The translations under genes were made by a program, and so were the position numbers. Positions 18,911-29,343 of a stretch of DNA of 37,689 bases are shown in pieces. Each line of letters begins with the position of its first letter. Within the stretch, counting starts at the first letter, position 1. The notes under the pieces were generated by a model. It worked only from the letters and a program-made list of their open reading frames with translations, had not been told where the DNA came from and searched no databases. Source of the stretch: Fimbriimonadaceae bacterium (GTDB taxonomy: Bacteria; Armatimonadota; Fimbriimonadia; Fimbriimonadales; Fimbriimonadaceae). Location: contig CANFJD010000001.1 in NCBI GenBank assembly GCA_947447315.1, forward strand, positions 1-37,689, given 5' to 3'.

Positions 18911-20681
18911 GTCCACCTCCACCTCCCCCAGGACTGCCGCCGGGACCGCCACCTCCCCCGAAGGGACTCGACGTAGCAGTAGGTGCCGATGACTTGTTTA
19001 GCCCTGCCAACACAACTTGATCACCTTCCTTAACCCCACTAACAATCTCAACGTTCGCACCATCGGTACCGCCAGTCACCACAGAGACCGAATTCACTAC
19101 CTGCTTGCCTCCGATCACGCTGGTCACATTGACAGCCGATCCTTTTGTGGAAACCTGAATGGCAACCGCCGGAACCATTAGCACGCCTGAGAGGCGGCCC
19201 GTTTCAATCGTGACGCTAGCCGTCATGTCGGGCCGAAGGGCCGAATTCGGCACCGTGATGGAAACCGTGACTCCGTAAGTCACGACGCCTTGCTGAATCG
19301 TGGATCCCGAAGCGATCTTCTGCACCGTGCCATCAAACGTCTTATCCGCAATAGCGCTCACCGAAAACTTCACCGACTGCCCGATCTTCACCCGTGCAAT
19401 GTCGGTTTCATCGACGTAGGCGTCGATTTGCAGCCGATTGAGATCTGCAACGATGAGAAGCGTTTGAGTGGAAAGCCCTGCCGATACCGTCTCGCCCTGC
19501 TGGGCACTCAATTGCAACACGGTGCCCGCAATCGGCGACTTGATCTTCGACTTGTTGAACTGCGCCTGGCTGAAGACCAGAGCCTGTTCCGCTTGGGTAA
19601 CGCCATCCGCCGCGATGCGGACGCTTTGCGCCTGGATCAAATTGTTCGTCCGGCCCGCGTTCGCAACTTTCACCGACGCCATTGCCTGCAGAACATTTGC
19701 CTTGGCGTCCGCCACGTCCGCGACTCGCGCTGACACAAGGTTCTGTTCTGCCTTAGCGACCGTCAGCGCAGCACGGGCGCTCCTAATGCTCTGCTGAGAC
19801 TGTTTCACCGCCAGTTGCGCGGTCTGAATATCCTGAGCTACTTTCTGGGTGGTCAACGTGAGATTTTTCTGCCCGGCACGGGTTTGCGAAGCACTCACAA
19901 GCAGCTGAGCATGCGCCGAATCATAAACGGCCTTGGCCACAAAGCCTTGGGCAAGTAAATCAGCAGCCCGTTTTTCGATGATAGCGAAGTTGACTTCGTT
20001 TGCCTGGGCCTGGGAGAGCCCCTCGGTCGCGTTGACCACCGACAGATTTGCCGTCGCACGGGCCGCAGTTAGGTTAGCCGCCGAAACCGATTCTGCGGAA
20101 AATGCAACATTCAAGGTGCTCTCAGCACGTGCAATATCCGCCGGGACAGCGATCGATTGCTGACGCAGATTGGCGTTGGCCACCGCCAACTTCTGGTTCG
20201 CGCTGTCCACTCCCGCGTTCGCGGTGGCAATGCTGGAGGCGGTTTGCGCAAGTTGCAACCCGGTTCCAGCTAAGGCTTGTGAATATCGTAACTTTGCTTG
20301 AGCTAGCACCGCTTCGGCTTGGCCTAGTTGCGCTTGAAGATCAGGTAAATCCAGTTCGGCAATAACGTCGCCCGCCTGCACCGTAGTACCGATATCCGCA
20401 TTCAGCTTGCGGATCCGCCCCGCCACTTGGGAACCAATATGCACTTCTGCCCCCGTCTGGGCATTGACGGAACCTGTAGCCGTAACGGTTTCAAGAATAT
20501 CGCCTCGCGACACCGTTGCCAGAACCAATTTGCTACCCGCCTCTGATGTGCGTGATCGATACAAGGCAAAGCCGAGACCCGCCAAAAGGATCAAGCCGAC
20601 ATACCACCATACACTTGCAGAAAGTCGAGAATGCTTTTTGGAAGCCGTTGGTTTGGTTACGGTGGTGTTCGGTGTTTCCAT
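18900..20681 (-). CDS. MacA/HlyD-like periplasmic adaptor with long coiled coil
   Basis: N-terminal TM, 'GSQVAGRI...VQAGDVIAELD', long Ala/Gln heptads, 'IKSPIAGTV' and 'LRPDMTA'. Confidence 0.9.
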   Translation of the reverse strand: METPNTTVTKPTASKKHSRLSASVWWYVGLILLAGLGFALYRSRTSEAGSKLVLATVSRGDILETVTATGSVNAQTGAEVHIGSQVAGRIRKLNADIGTTVQAGDVIAELDLPDLQAQLGQAEAVLAQAKLRYSQALAGTGLQLAQTASSIATANAGVDSANQKLAVANANLRQQSIAVPADIARAESTLNVAFSAESVSAANLTAARATANLSVVNATEGLSQAQANEVNFAIIEKRAADLLAQGFVAKAVYDSAHAQLLVSASQTRAGQKNLTLTTQKVAQDIQTAQLAVKQSQQSIRSARAALTVAKAEQNLVSARVADVADAKANVLQAMASVKVANAGRTNNLIQAQSVRIAADGVTQAEQALVFSQAQFNKSKIKSPIAGTVLQLSAQQGETVSAGLSTQTLLIVADLNRLQIDAYVDETDIARVKIGQSVKFSVSAIADKTFDGTVQKIASGSTIQQGVVTYGVTVSITVPNSALRPDMTASVTIETGRLSGVLMVPAVAIQVSTKGSAVNVTSVIGGKQVVNSVSVVTGGTDGANVEIVSGVKEGDQVVLAGLNKSSAPTATSSPFGGGGGPGGSPGGGGGGRGR

Positions 20682-20880
20682 CTAAGGGCCGCAACTTCCG
20701 GCGGGAGCTTTTGTCGCCAGTGGATTCGCCGGGGTCCGTTCAGCTTCCCGGAATCGAGTAGGCGATGAATTTCGCCCGTATGTGGTCACAACCATAGGAC
20801 TCCCCATTGCCATTGCCGCGACGTAGCAAGTTCTCGATCAACTTACTTCGTCCCGCAAGGAGAGTTATAATTCGGCACCC

Positions 20881-23064
20881 ATGATCGGATTAGTGTCGGG
20901 AATTTTGTATGCCGCATCCGCGACGCCAGCCGTGTCAATTTTTCCGATGCCAACCCACATCCAGCAGCAGCCTGGGCAGATTTCGTTCGGGTCCATCCGA
21001 TTTCGGGGTCCGAACTCGGCCGCCAACGAGCTGGCCATGGCACGAACAATGTTTCCGGCTCAATCTGGAACCGGACTCAATTGTGATCTGGAAATCACGA
21101 AGTCGGGGAGCGGGGAAGGATATTCCCTGCAAACCTCCTCCCGCGGCATTCGCATTAAGGCCGCGACAAACCACGGGCTGTATTACGGGCTCCAAACCCT
21201 CCGACAATTGGTCACGAGTGCAAAGGGCTTGCCAATTGTATCAATCCAAGACAGCCCTCGGTACCCATGGCGGGGTTTCATGCTCGACGTTAGCCGCCAT
21301 TTCTTCGGCAAAGACGACATAAAGCACTTTCTAGACATACTGGCGGCCCTCAAGCTCAACACGTTTCACTGGCATCTGAACGATGACGGTGGCTGGCGAC
21401 TGCAGATCCGGAAGTATCCAAATCTCACCCAGCAAGGAGCGAACCGAGTCCCGGCAAATGGAGATTTCAAGGAGTACCGCGGAATGGATTTCCCGCCGCC
21501 AAACGCGAAAATTGCGACGTACGGCGGTTACTACACGCAGGCCGACATCCGGGAGATCGTTCGGTACGCCACCGCGCGACACATCAACATCGTGCCGGAG
21601 TTCGAACTGCCAGGCCACAACTTCGCGGCGACGAGGTCGTACCCCTGGCTAATTTGTAGTGACCAGCTGATCGCCCCGTACCAGAAGGAATATGGCTTTG
21701 CGTTCCCCAATGTTTTTTGTGCGGGCAAGGAATCGACATTCCAATTTGTAGAAGATGTTCTCGACGAAGTGATGGATCTTTTCCCCAGCAAAGTCATCCA
21801 CATTGGCGGCGACGAGGTAGACAAGTTTCTGTGGACGCGGTGCGACGACTGTAAAAGACGGATGATCGAGCAGCACCTGGATACGGACAAACCGGAACAA
21901 CTTGAGAGCTATTTCGTGGGACGAGTTGAGAAGTACCTGAACGCCCGCGGCCGCAGCATCGTCGGCTGGGATGAGATTCTAGAAGGGGGGCTGGCTCCGA
22001 ATGCAAAAGTCATGTCCTGGCGAGGAACGGAAGGCGGCGTGGAAGCCGTGAAGAAAGGGCACGAAGCAGTGATGACGCCGTGGGACTTCTGCTACCTGGA
22101 CCACGATAACAGATCGTTGCCGCTAGAAACCGTTTACAACTATGACCCACGCGCGGAGTTCACGAACCCGTCGGATCAAAAGAAGATCCTAGGGGCTCAA
22201 GCCAATATCTGGACCGAGAACTTACCTACCAGGGCATCCGTGGAGAGCCACTTGATGCCACGCGCCGTCGCGTTTTCGCAGAGCTTGTGGAGTCAGAATC
22301 GGGAAGCCACCGCCACCTTTACCGATCGAGTTCGGCGGTCCACATCGTTCCTATTTTCACTTGCTCCGAGCATGTACCTGGAAGCCCCGCGACCCGAATT
22401 GACCTTCGCCGAACCAGGCGTCGCGGTTAATGTCAAATCGGTCGCCTTTTCCCAACTCCCGCTTTTTGCGAGTCGCAACGGGTCCAAGCCAACCCCAGTT
22501 ACGGGTCCGATACTCCTAACCGCCGGAGAACGGGTTGAAGTCGGAATACAAAACCGAGCCGGCAAATGGGTCAGTGAGCGAACCACGATCGATTGCGGGC
22601 AATTGCAGGCAGTGGCGGCAACGGAATCAGAACCGGGGTTACTGGCGGCGAGGTTTGATGGGGATTTCAGCTCTGTGGAACAGTTTGCGAACACTCCGCC
22701 CGGTACCCGCCGCGTCGTTTTAGATCCGGCACAGTTTTTGGAGCAGAAGGACCACTACGGTGTGGTTTTTCAGGGGCTTTTGAAAATTACGGAGGCGGGA
22801 CGTTACACTATCCGCGGCGCCAGCGATGACGGCAGCGCGCTTTGGCTGGGTGGCTACAAGATTTTGAACAATGATGGGTTTCACGGTATGACAGATTTGG
22901 CGGCGACCCTGGACCTCAAACCCGGAATGTATCCCATAAAAATCGCCTACTTTAACGGGACCGAAGCCGCCACCTTGAAGCTTCAAATTAGTCGCCACGG
23001 TCAGCTACCGCAACCGTTAGCGGGCAACTGGCTATGGCACGAGAAGGGCACAACCAATGAGTAA
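20881..23064 (+). CDS. GH20 beta-N-acetylhexosaminidase with C-terminal PA14 domain
   Basis: Motifs 'WRGFMLDVSRHF', 'HWHLNDD', 'HIGGDE', 'GAQANIWTE' and PA14-like 'ASDDGSALWL...NDGFH'. Confidence 0.92.
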   Translation: MIGLVSGILYAASATPAVSIFPMPTHIQQQPGQISFGSIRFRGPNSAANELAMARTMFPAQSGTGLNCDLEITKSGSGEGYSLQTSSRGIRIKAATNHGLYYGLQTLRQLVTSAKGLPIVSIQDSPRYPWRGFMLDVSRHFFGKDDIKHFLDILAALKLNTFHWHLNDDGGWRLQIRKYPNLTQQGANRVPANGDFKEYRGMDFPPPNAKIATYGGYYTQADIREIVRYATARHINIVPEFELPGHNFAATRSYPWLICSDQLIAPYQKEYGFAFPNVFCAGKESTFQFVEDVLDEVMDLFPSKVIHIGGDEVDKFLWTRCDDCKRRMIEQHLDTDKPEQLESYFVGRVEKYLNARGRSIVGWDEILEGGLAPNAKVMSWRGTEGGVEAVKKGHEAVMTPWDFCYLDHDNRSLPLETVYNYDPRAEFTNPSDQKKILGAQANIWTENLPTRASVESHLMPRAVAFSQSLWSQNREATATFTDRVRRSTSFLFSLAPSMYLEAPRPELTFAEPGVAVNVKSVAFSQLPLFASRNGSKPTPVTGPILLTAGERVEVGIQNRAGKWVSERTTIDCGQLQAVAATESEPGLLAARFDGDFSSVEQFANTPPGTRRVVLDPAQFLEQKDHYGVVFQGLLKITEAGRYTIRGASDDGSALWLGGYKILNNDGFHGMTDLAATLDLKPGMYPIKIAYFNGTEAATLKLQISRHGQLPQPLAGNWLWHEKGTTNE

Positions 23065-24391
23065 GGTTGCCTATCTGCTGGCGGCCAGCGCGGTCATCAT
23101 CGCGGGCACCTACGTGATTTCCGAGAAGATCACCGAAGTTCCGGTTTCCAAAGATGTCGTCCGCATCACTTACTGGGAAAAGTGGACCGATTTTGAGTAC
23201 GACGCCATGAAGGCGGTCGTGGACGATTTTAATAAGAGTCAGTCGAAGATTCACGTTGACATGCTCTCGATGAGCGGAATCGACGACAAAACCATGATGG
23301 CCATCAGTGCCGGGGTTCCGCCGGATGTCGCTGGCCTCTACGCCGCGCATGTAGCGCAATATGTCGATGAGCATGGACTGGAAAAGCTAGATGATTACCT
23401 GGCCGCCGCGGGAATGTCGAAGAAGGATTACATTCCGGCGTACTGGGACATCGGCGAATATGCCGGTCACCAGTACGCCCTCCCCAGCACCCCCGCCAGC
23501 ATTGCCCTCCACTTTAATACCGACAAGTACAAGGCCGCCGGTCTCGATCCCGCCAAGCCGCCGGTAACCCTGGAGGAATTGGATGCCTACAGCGATAAGC
23601 TTACGAAGATAGACAAAAACGGTCACGCCGACCAAGTGGGTTTCTTGCCCAACGAGCCCGGTTGGTGGAATTGGGCCTGGATCACCCTTTTTGGTGCCAA
23701 GTACTGGGACGGCAAATCCAAGATCACCTGTAATTCACCCGAAGCAATTGAAGCGATGACCTGGGTACAGGGCTATCCTCAGCGCTACGGAAAATCGACC
23801 ATTCAGGCATTCACCCAGGGCCTCGGCAACTTTTCGTCGCCCCAAAATCCATTCATCAGCGGAAAGGTCGCCATGGAACTTCAGGGGGTATGGATGGCAA
23901 ACTTCATCAAGCGATTTGGTCAAGATGTGCAATGGGATGCCGCCCCCTTTCCTTATCCGGCGAAACACCCGGAAATGAAAAATTGGTCCATTGTTGACGC
24001 CGATATTCTGGCCATTCCGCGTGGATGTCGACACCCCAAAGAGGCTTTTGAATTTATCCGCTACGTTCAGCAGCAGAAGAACATGGAAAAGCTGTGCCTA
24101 CTGCAACGCAAACATTCTCCGCTGAGCAACGTAAGCGACGAATTTTGGAAGCAGCACGCCAATAGAAAAATTCGACTGTTTTACGATCTCGCCGCGACCG
24201 AGAACTCCATCCAAACTCCCAAAATTGGCATCTGGTCCCAGTACGAGAGCGAACTAACCAATGCCTTTGAAGCCGTTATGTTGCAGGCAAAAACGCCCCA
24301 ACAGGCGATGAAAGATTTGTCGGACACCATGCAGCCCAAGCTAGACCAATATCTCAAGCGACGCGCCATGCGGTGGAGCAAGGGATTATGA
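23057..24391 (+). CDS. Carbohydrate ABC transporter substrate-binding protein (N-terminal TM anchor)
   Basis: Motifs 'AGVPPDVA', 'GHQYALP', 'FISGKVAM' and 'PKEAFEFIRY'. Confidence 0.9.
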   Translation: MSKVAYLLAASAVIIAGTYVISEKITEVPVSKDVVRITYWEKWTDFEYDAMKAVVDDFNKSQSKIHVDMLSMSGIDDKTMMAISAGVPPDVAGLYAAHVAQYVDEHGLEKLDDYLAAAGMSKKDYIPAYWDIGEYAGHQYALPSTPASIALHFNTDKYKAAGLDPAKPPVTLEELDAYSDKLTKIDKNGHADQVGFLPNEPGWWNWAWITLFGAKYWDGKSKITCNSPEAIEAMTWVQGYPQRYGKSTIQAFTQGLGNFSSPQNPFISGKVAMELQGVWMANFIKRFGQDVQWDAAPFPYPAKHPEMKNWSIVDADILAIPRGCRHPKEAFEFIRYVQQQKNMEKLCLLQRKHSPLSNVSDEFWKQHANRKIRLFYDLAATENSIQTPKIGIWSQYESELTNAFEAVMLQAKTPQQAMKDLSDTMQPKLDQYLKRRAMRWSKGL

Positions 24392-25281
24392 TGCGGCTAC
24401 CGGCAAACCGAAGGCGGGAAGCGATTACCGGCATCCTCTTTGCCGCGCCATGGTTCATTGGATTTGGCGTTTTCATGGCCTATCCCGTGTTCGCCTCCCT
24501 GTACTACTCGCTTTGCGACTACTCGGTATTGAAGCCCGCCATGTTCATTGGCACCGAGAACTACACGGAGTTATTCAACGATCAAGTTTTCTGGCAAGCC
24601 GCCGGAAACACGCTCTACTATGCTGTTCTCTCCGTGCCAATCGGATTGGTTTCCGCCCTCGGTCTCGCTCTGCTGCTAAATACGAAGGCCAAGGGCATGA
24701 CCATTTACCGCACGATATTCTTCCTGCCCTCACTCGTGCCGACCATCCCAATGGCGGTGCTCTGGTTATGGCTCCTGAATGGTGAGCACGGGATTCTCAA
24801 TTATTTCCTTAACTTCTTGGGCGTCCACGGTCCCAATTGGCTGGGCGATCCGGCTTGGACCAAGCCCTCCCTGATGCTACTCGGCATTTGGGGTTTGGGA
24901 AACACCATGCTCATCTTTCTGGCCAGCCTGCAAGACGTTCCCCAATCGCTGATGGAAGCGGCCGACCTGGATGGAGCCACTGCCGCCCGCAAACTGAAAG
25001 TAGTGGTGGTACCCATGATTTCTCCCGTAATCCTCTTTAACGCCATCATGGGCATGATCGGCAGTCTGCAGGTCTTCGCGATTCCGTTCGTGATGTTCCC
25101 CAACGGAACCCCGCAACGGTCGGCGTATTTTTATTCCAGCTACTTGTTCGATAGCGCCTTCAAGTTCAATCGCATGGGATACGCCAGCGCGATGGGCTGG
25201 ATCATGTTTGCCGTCATTCTGGTGCTGACCTACGGCGTGCTGAAGTACGGGGAGAAGAAAGTTCACTATGAAGGCAGTTAA
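24388..25281 (+). CDS. Carbohydrate ABC transporter permease (MalF/UgpA-like)
   Basis: ATGA overlap with the SBP stop; EAA loop 'LMEAADLDGA'; 'MGYASAMGW'. Confidence 0.92.
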   Translation: MMRLPANRRREAITGILFAAPWFIGFGVFMAYPVFASLYYSLCDYSVLKPAMFIGTENYTELFNDQVFWQAAGNTLYYAVLSVPIGLVSALGLALLLNTKAKGMTIYRTIFFLPSLVPTIPMAVLWLWLLNGEHGILNYFLNFLGVHGPNWLGDPAWTKPSLMLLGIWGLGNTMLIFLASLQDVPQSLMEAADLDGATAARKLKVVVVPMISPVILFNAIMGMIGSLQVFAIPFVMFPNGTPQRSAYFYSSYLFDSAFKFNRMGYASAMGWIMFAVILVLTYGVLKYGEKKVHYEGS

Positions 25282-26167
25282 TGTGAAGGTAGCTAAGGAA
25301 CACAATCTAAAGTCCATTCGGGCCGCAACGATCACCAAGAACGTGTTGATTCAGTTGGCCCTGATTTCGCTATCGATTGCTTTCGCCTTCCCTTTCGTTT
25401 GGATGGTTTCCACCGCGCTAAAGGCCAGCGGCGAAGTGATGCACGAGCCGCCGATTTGGGTGCCCGACAAACTGCAATGGCAGAACTTTACCGACGCCCT
25501 CAATCACGGTAAGGAATCCCTCGGCTTCAGTCCGTTCCTCATTTACGCCCGTAACACCCTCATCCTGTGCATTCTCACCGTCTCCGGCGTGGTCCTTTCC
25601 AACGCGCTGGTGGCTTACTCATTCGCCAAACTTCGCTGGCCCGGTCGAGATTTGGTGTTTAAGCTGACCCTTGCCACCATGATGGTTCCCTTCCCAGTCC
25701 TCATGGTGCCTACCTTCGCCTTGTTTAAAGAAGTGGGCTGGATCGGCTCTTTCAAGCCCCTCTGGGTACCGGCATGGTTTGGTAGCGCGTTCAATATCTT
25801 CTTGCTGCGCCAGTTTTTCTTGACCATTCCCAAAGAACTATCTGAGGCGGCCACCATCGATGGCGCCACCGAACTACGTATCTTCCTGGACATCTTTGTC
25901 CCCCTTAGCAAGCCCGCCATTGCGGTCGTGGCGCTGTTTGCGTTTATGGGAGTCTGGACCGACTTCCTCGGCCCGCTCATCTATCTGCTGGACCAGAAGC
26001 AGTTCACGCTGGCCCTCGGCCTGCAGTTCTTCCAGAGCCAAAACGGAGGCACGCCATTCAACCTCCAAATGGCCGCCACCACCATCGTCATCCTGCCGGT
26101 AGTGGTCCTCTTCTTCTTCACTCAACGTCTATTCATCCAGGGAATCGCTCTCACGGGACTCAAATAG
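25268..26167 (+). CDS. Carbohydrate ABC transporter permease (MalG/UgpE-like)
   Basis: 'RQFFLTIPKELSEAATIDGA' and 'QRLFIQGIALTGLK'. Confidence 0.92.
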   Translation: MKAVNVKVAKEHNLKSIRAATITKNVLIQLALISLSIAFAFPFVWMVSTALKASGEVMHEPPIWVPDKLQWQNFTDALNHGKESLGFSPFLIYARNTLILCILTVSGVVLSNALVAYSFAKLRWPGRDLVFKLTLATMMVPFPVLMVPTFALFKEVGWIGSFKPLWVPAWFGSAFNIFLLRQFFLTIPKELSEAATIDGATELRIFLDIFVPLSKPAIAVVALFAFMGVWTDFLGPLIYLLDQKQFTLALGLQFFQSQNGGTPFNLQMAATTIVILPVVVLFFFTQRLFIQGIALTGLK

Positions 26168-26230
26168 GTCAACCGGAGTCGCCGCGTCGAGGATAGTAAT
26201 GCGTCCAGCAACGCTACTGTAGGAATAGAA

Positions 26231-26934
26231 GTGACCACGCTCTCCGAATTGACGACCGCAATGGAGTGGCTCCAAGCGATGCGTCCGCTTCCAGCTGACG
26301 TGACGGAAGAGTTGCGACAACGGTACGAGGTCTCGCTCACTTACCACTCCACCGCAATTGAGGGCAATACGCTCACCCAAAGCGAAACTCAGATCGTAAT
26401 CGAAAAGGGCGTCACCATCGGTGGCAAATCCGTACGTGAGCACCTGGAGGTCATCGGGCACAAGGAAGCCGTCGACTTCGTCATCGAGTTGGCGAGCGAC
26501 CAAACGCCGTTGGGCGAACGGGAAATTCGAGAAATTCATAGCCTTGTGATGAAGGGCCAGGCAAATGGCGACAGTGGGATTTACCGTACGCTAGACGTTG
26601 AGGCGGCAGGCACGGACGACGTGTATCTCTCCCACCTTAAGGTGCCCGAATTGGTGGCGGAGTTCGTCGCGTCGGACGGCTATTGTTGAACCTGATGTTG
26701 GTGATAAGCGGCTATCCCATTGCCGTCATCCCCCTAACGCAACGTGCCGAATACATCGGTGCGTTAGGGGTGGCCCCGTCAGGTGATGGCCATGAGATGC
26801 TGAACGACCTCGTGAGGGCATCTGTCGCCCGTTCGTTCGCAGAGACGTTGACAACATGCCTGTCTTCCGACTCCGTTACGATCTCAAAATCGAAAGGAGC
26901 CGAGATCGCGGCATGGTTAGCCTCGTCAGTATAA
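26231..26934 (+). pseudogene. Fic family protein with internal deletion of the HPFxDGNG loop and a frameshift
   Basis: The 5' part has 'YHSTAIEGNTLT...GKSVREHLEV'. The second frame reads 'RVGRLLLNLMLVISGYP...YIGAL'. The catalytic motif is absent at the junction (~26666-26670). Confidence 0.85.
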
Positions 26935-26937
26935 GGG

Positions 26938-28005
26938 TCACTTCACTTTGAATTCTTGGTATCGAATTCGATAGCGTTCCTTCCCGTCGACCATATCAAC
27001 GGTTTCAAAAATGATCCCAGCGCGGTTCTTTGGCAAAGCGACGAGGCCCGAATACTGGAACGATCCGGTCGTCACGCTTAAAAAGTCGGTCCACGTAATC
27101 CCTCCGTTCGTAGACTTTCTCACCACCCCATTTTCGCGTTTTGAGCCTGAGTTCGGATTGCTAAGCAGCAAAATTTCGGGCCTACCGGGATAGCTCAGCA
27201 GCGCCCCTTGACACACCGGATCGACCAGATCTTCTCGCGCTCGGATCGGCGACCACGTCTCGCCGCCATCGTTACTGTACGACTCCAATCGGCAATGCAG
27301 CTTCGCCTGATTCCGGGCATTCATGATCAGCCGGCCATCGCTCAGCTCAGCGATTTGCACCTCGTTGGGCTGGGTACCTTCCGGTTTCTGCGCCAACGTT
27401 CCCCGCTGCCAAGTACGGCCCCGGTCATCGCTATAGGCGGCGAAGACGTCCCACGTCTTCCCGTTCACCCCTTGGTTGAACGGAAACACGAGTCGTCCCC
27501 TATGGGGACCGTTCATGAGTTCGAGACCAATCCCCGGTCCGCTAGCAAGCGTATTGATGTCTGCGGGACGCAGATGACGTGTAAGTTCGGAGGGTTTCGA
27601 CCAAGATCTTCCGTCATCATTGCTTGATATTAAGAAGCTTTGAAGGGTTTTCCCGGGCTCATAGCCGGCATCGACGCTCCACTCAGACCGGGCCTGGGGG
27701 TAGCGTTGATACATCATCCAAACCGTGCCATCTCGCCCGGCGATGACACACGGATTATTTAGTGATGCCGGACTTTCATCCGCAATTTCGGAGATTTCGG
27801 ACCACTTAGCATCTCGACTGGCTTTGCGACGAAACACCAGGACGTTAGCCGCCTGGTCACTCGTCGATCGCCTACCTTCCGCAAACGCCAGGAGTGTTCC
27901 TTTCGCGGTTCGACAGATCGCCGGAATTCGAAACGTATCGAATTGACTTCCACTTACAAACAAGTCTTCTGCCTGCAAAGCGAACGATGCAACCGCCAGG
28001 ATCAT
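26938..28005 (-). CDS. GH33 exo-alpha-sialidase-like (BNR/Asp-box) glycosidase
   Basis: FRIP motif; Asp boxes SNDDGRSW, SDDRGRTW, SNDGGETW and STNGGITW; 'QYS'. Likely start MILAVASF at 28005. Confidence 0.9.
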   Translation of the reverse strand: MILAVASFALQAEDLFVSGSQFDTFRIPAICRTAKGTLLAFAEGRRSTSDQAANVLVFRRKASRDAKWSEISEIADESPASLNNPCVIAGRDGTVWMMYQRYPQARSEWSVDAGYEPGKTLQSFLISSNDDGRSWSKPSELTRHLRPADINTLASGPGIGLELMNGPHRGRLVFPFNQGVNGKTWDVFAAYSDDRGRTWQRGTLAQKPEGTQPNEVQIAELSDGRLIMNARNQAKLHCRLESYSNDGGETWSPIRAREDLVDPVCQGALLSYPGRPEILLLSNPNSGSKRENGVVRKSTNGGITWTDFLSVTTGSFQYSGLVALPKNRAGIIFETVDMVDGKERYRIRYQEFKVK

Positions 28006-28148
28006 GCCCTCATTATCTCCGTCGCCAAGGCAATCACACCTCACCCTGGCGAACAAATCAACAAAAAGTTATCGACCTTTCGGGGTTTGCAAACGGCATG
28101 GGTGCCGATCGGAGGGCTCGTTTAGCCGCCCTCAATGAGCGGCCAAGT

Positions 28149-28358
28149 TCACGGACCAGTTTTTGTGGAGCTCCCGGCTCCTGCGGCAGCGGCCCCGCCA
28201 CCACCCGGGCGACCGGGAATCTGCTTACCGCCGGGGAGTCCGCCTCCACCCGGCTGACCTTTCGCGGTGGGTACTACCGGCGGCTCACCAGAGTCGCAGC
28301 CAGCGAGTAAAAATGAGAGCGCGAAAAGCGCCCCGAGAGTGAGAAGGATTGTTTTCAT
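28149..28358 (-). CDS. Small Gly/Pro-rich lipoprotein (69 aa)
   Basis: MKTILLTLGALFALSFLLAG-C lipobox, an AGGA element just upstream, and a disordered tail. Confidence 0.75.
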   Translation of the reverse strand: MKTILLTLGALFALSFLLAGCDSGEPPVVPTAKGQPGGGGLPGGKQIPGRPGGGGAAAAGAGSSTKTGP

Positions 28359-28407
28359 ATTCCTGTAAACATTGCGGACCGCATGCAAGCGGTCCGCGGA
28401 AACGACC

Positions 28408-29277
28408 TTAGCCGTGACGCGGCGGTTCATCATTACAGTCATCCTGAATGGTGTAGTGACAGTTCAGGAATGATCCATGCTTCATAAACTTCGCGTGGGA
28501 ATCTCCGAATGCGCAGTTTGCTCCTTGGGTGTGCGGATTCACTCCGTCTACGTTTACGCCGGGATCGCCAGCTCCCACCGCCCAGTCGATTTGCCAGTTA
28601 GCATAGATTTCGGGCTGTAAAGAACCCCAATCCACAGGTGCATCCTGCAGCCAAATCGTGTCGGCCGGCAACGCCAGTTGGGAGCCGTTGATGCTGCAGT
28701 TCGGTTGTCGATTGCACTGGCTCGAATCCTGATTCATGAACCCAGTGTGGATATTTTGGAATGCGGGCCATTCGCCATCCACAACCCCATTCCAACGCAT
28801 TTCAGCATCGTTTCCGTAAGTGTAGTAAACCGCCATGTCGTTGACGGCATAGCTCATCGTCTTCTTGCCGTTATCCCAAAGAGATCCAGCCGGGTAAGGA
28901 TGCGGGGCAAATGCGTCCGTCATGTCACCCTTGCGAGTTGGACAAATCACGAGATTTCGGCTCTTCATGTAGGGCTGAGCGAGATCGTCCCACCAGGCTA
29001 ACGTATCGTTCGGCTCGGGAGCGGCGCCGTTGAACTGATACATCCACGACGGCAGCCAGTAGTCGTCCGCATCACCCGAATAAAGAGCGGCGCTGGTGGC
29101 GAGCTGCTTCGTGTTGCTAAGACAAGAAGTCTTCTTTGCCGCCGCCTTCGCCTGAGCGAAGACGGGGAAGAGGATGGCGGCCAAAATCGCGATGATCGCG
29201 ATTACTACCAGCAGCTCAATGAGCGTGAACGCTTTGAGATTTGACCCTGGTACAGATTTCATATTGACGGATTTCAT
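28408..29277 (-). CDS. Prepilin-type N-terminal cleavage/methylation protein (DUF1559 / H-X9-DG family)
   Basis: 'KA|[28 protein letters not shown]...SCLSNTKQL', 'CP', 'SYAVN' and C-terminal H-X9-DS-H. SD GGAG. Confidence 0.92.
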   Translation of the reverse strand: MKSVNMKSVPGSNLKAFTLIELLVVIAIIAILAAILFPVFAQAKAAAKKTSCLSNTKQLATSAALYSGDADDYWLPSWMYQFNGAAPEPNDTLAWWDDLAQPYMKSRNLVICPTRKGDMTDAFAPHPYPAGSLWDNGKKTMSYAVNDMAVYYTYGNDAEMRWNGVVDGEWPAFQNIHTGFMNQDSSQCNRQPNCSINGSQLALPADTIWLQDAPVDWGSLQPEIYANWQIDWAVGAGDPGVNVDGVNPHTQGANCAFGDSHAKFMKHGSFLNCHYTIQDDCNDEPPRHG

Positions 29278-29343
29278 TCATTTCTCCAAGACAAGCCAGC
29301 GGCATGATTTGACGATTAATCATTTGTCCAACCATAGATGAAC

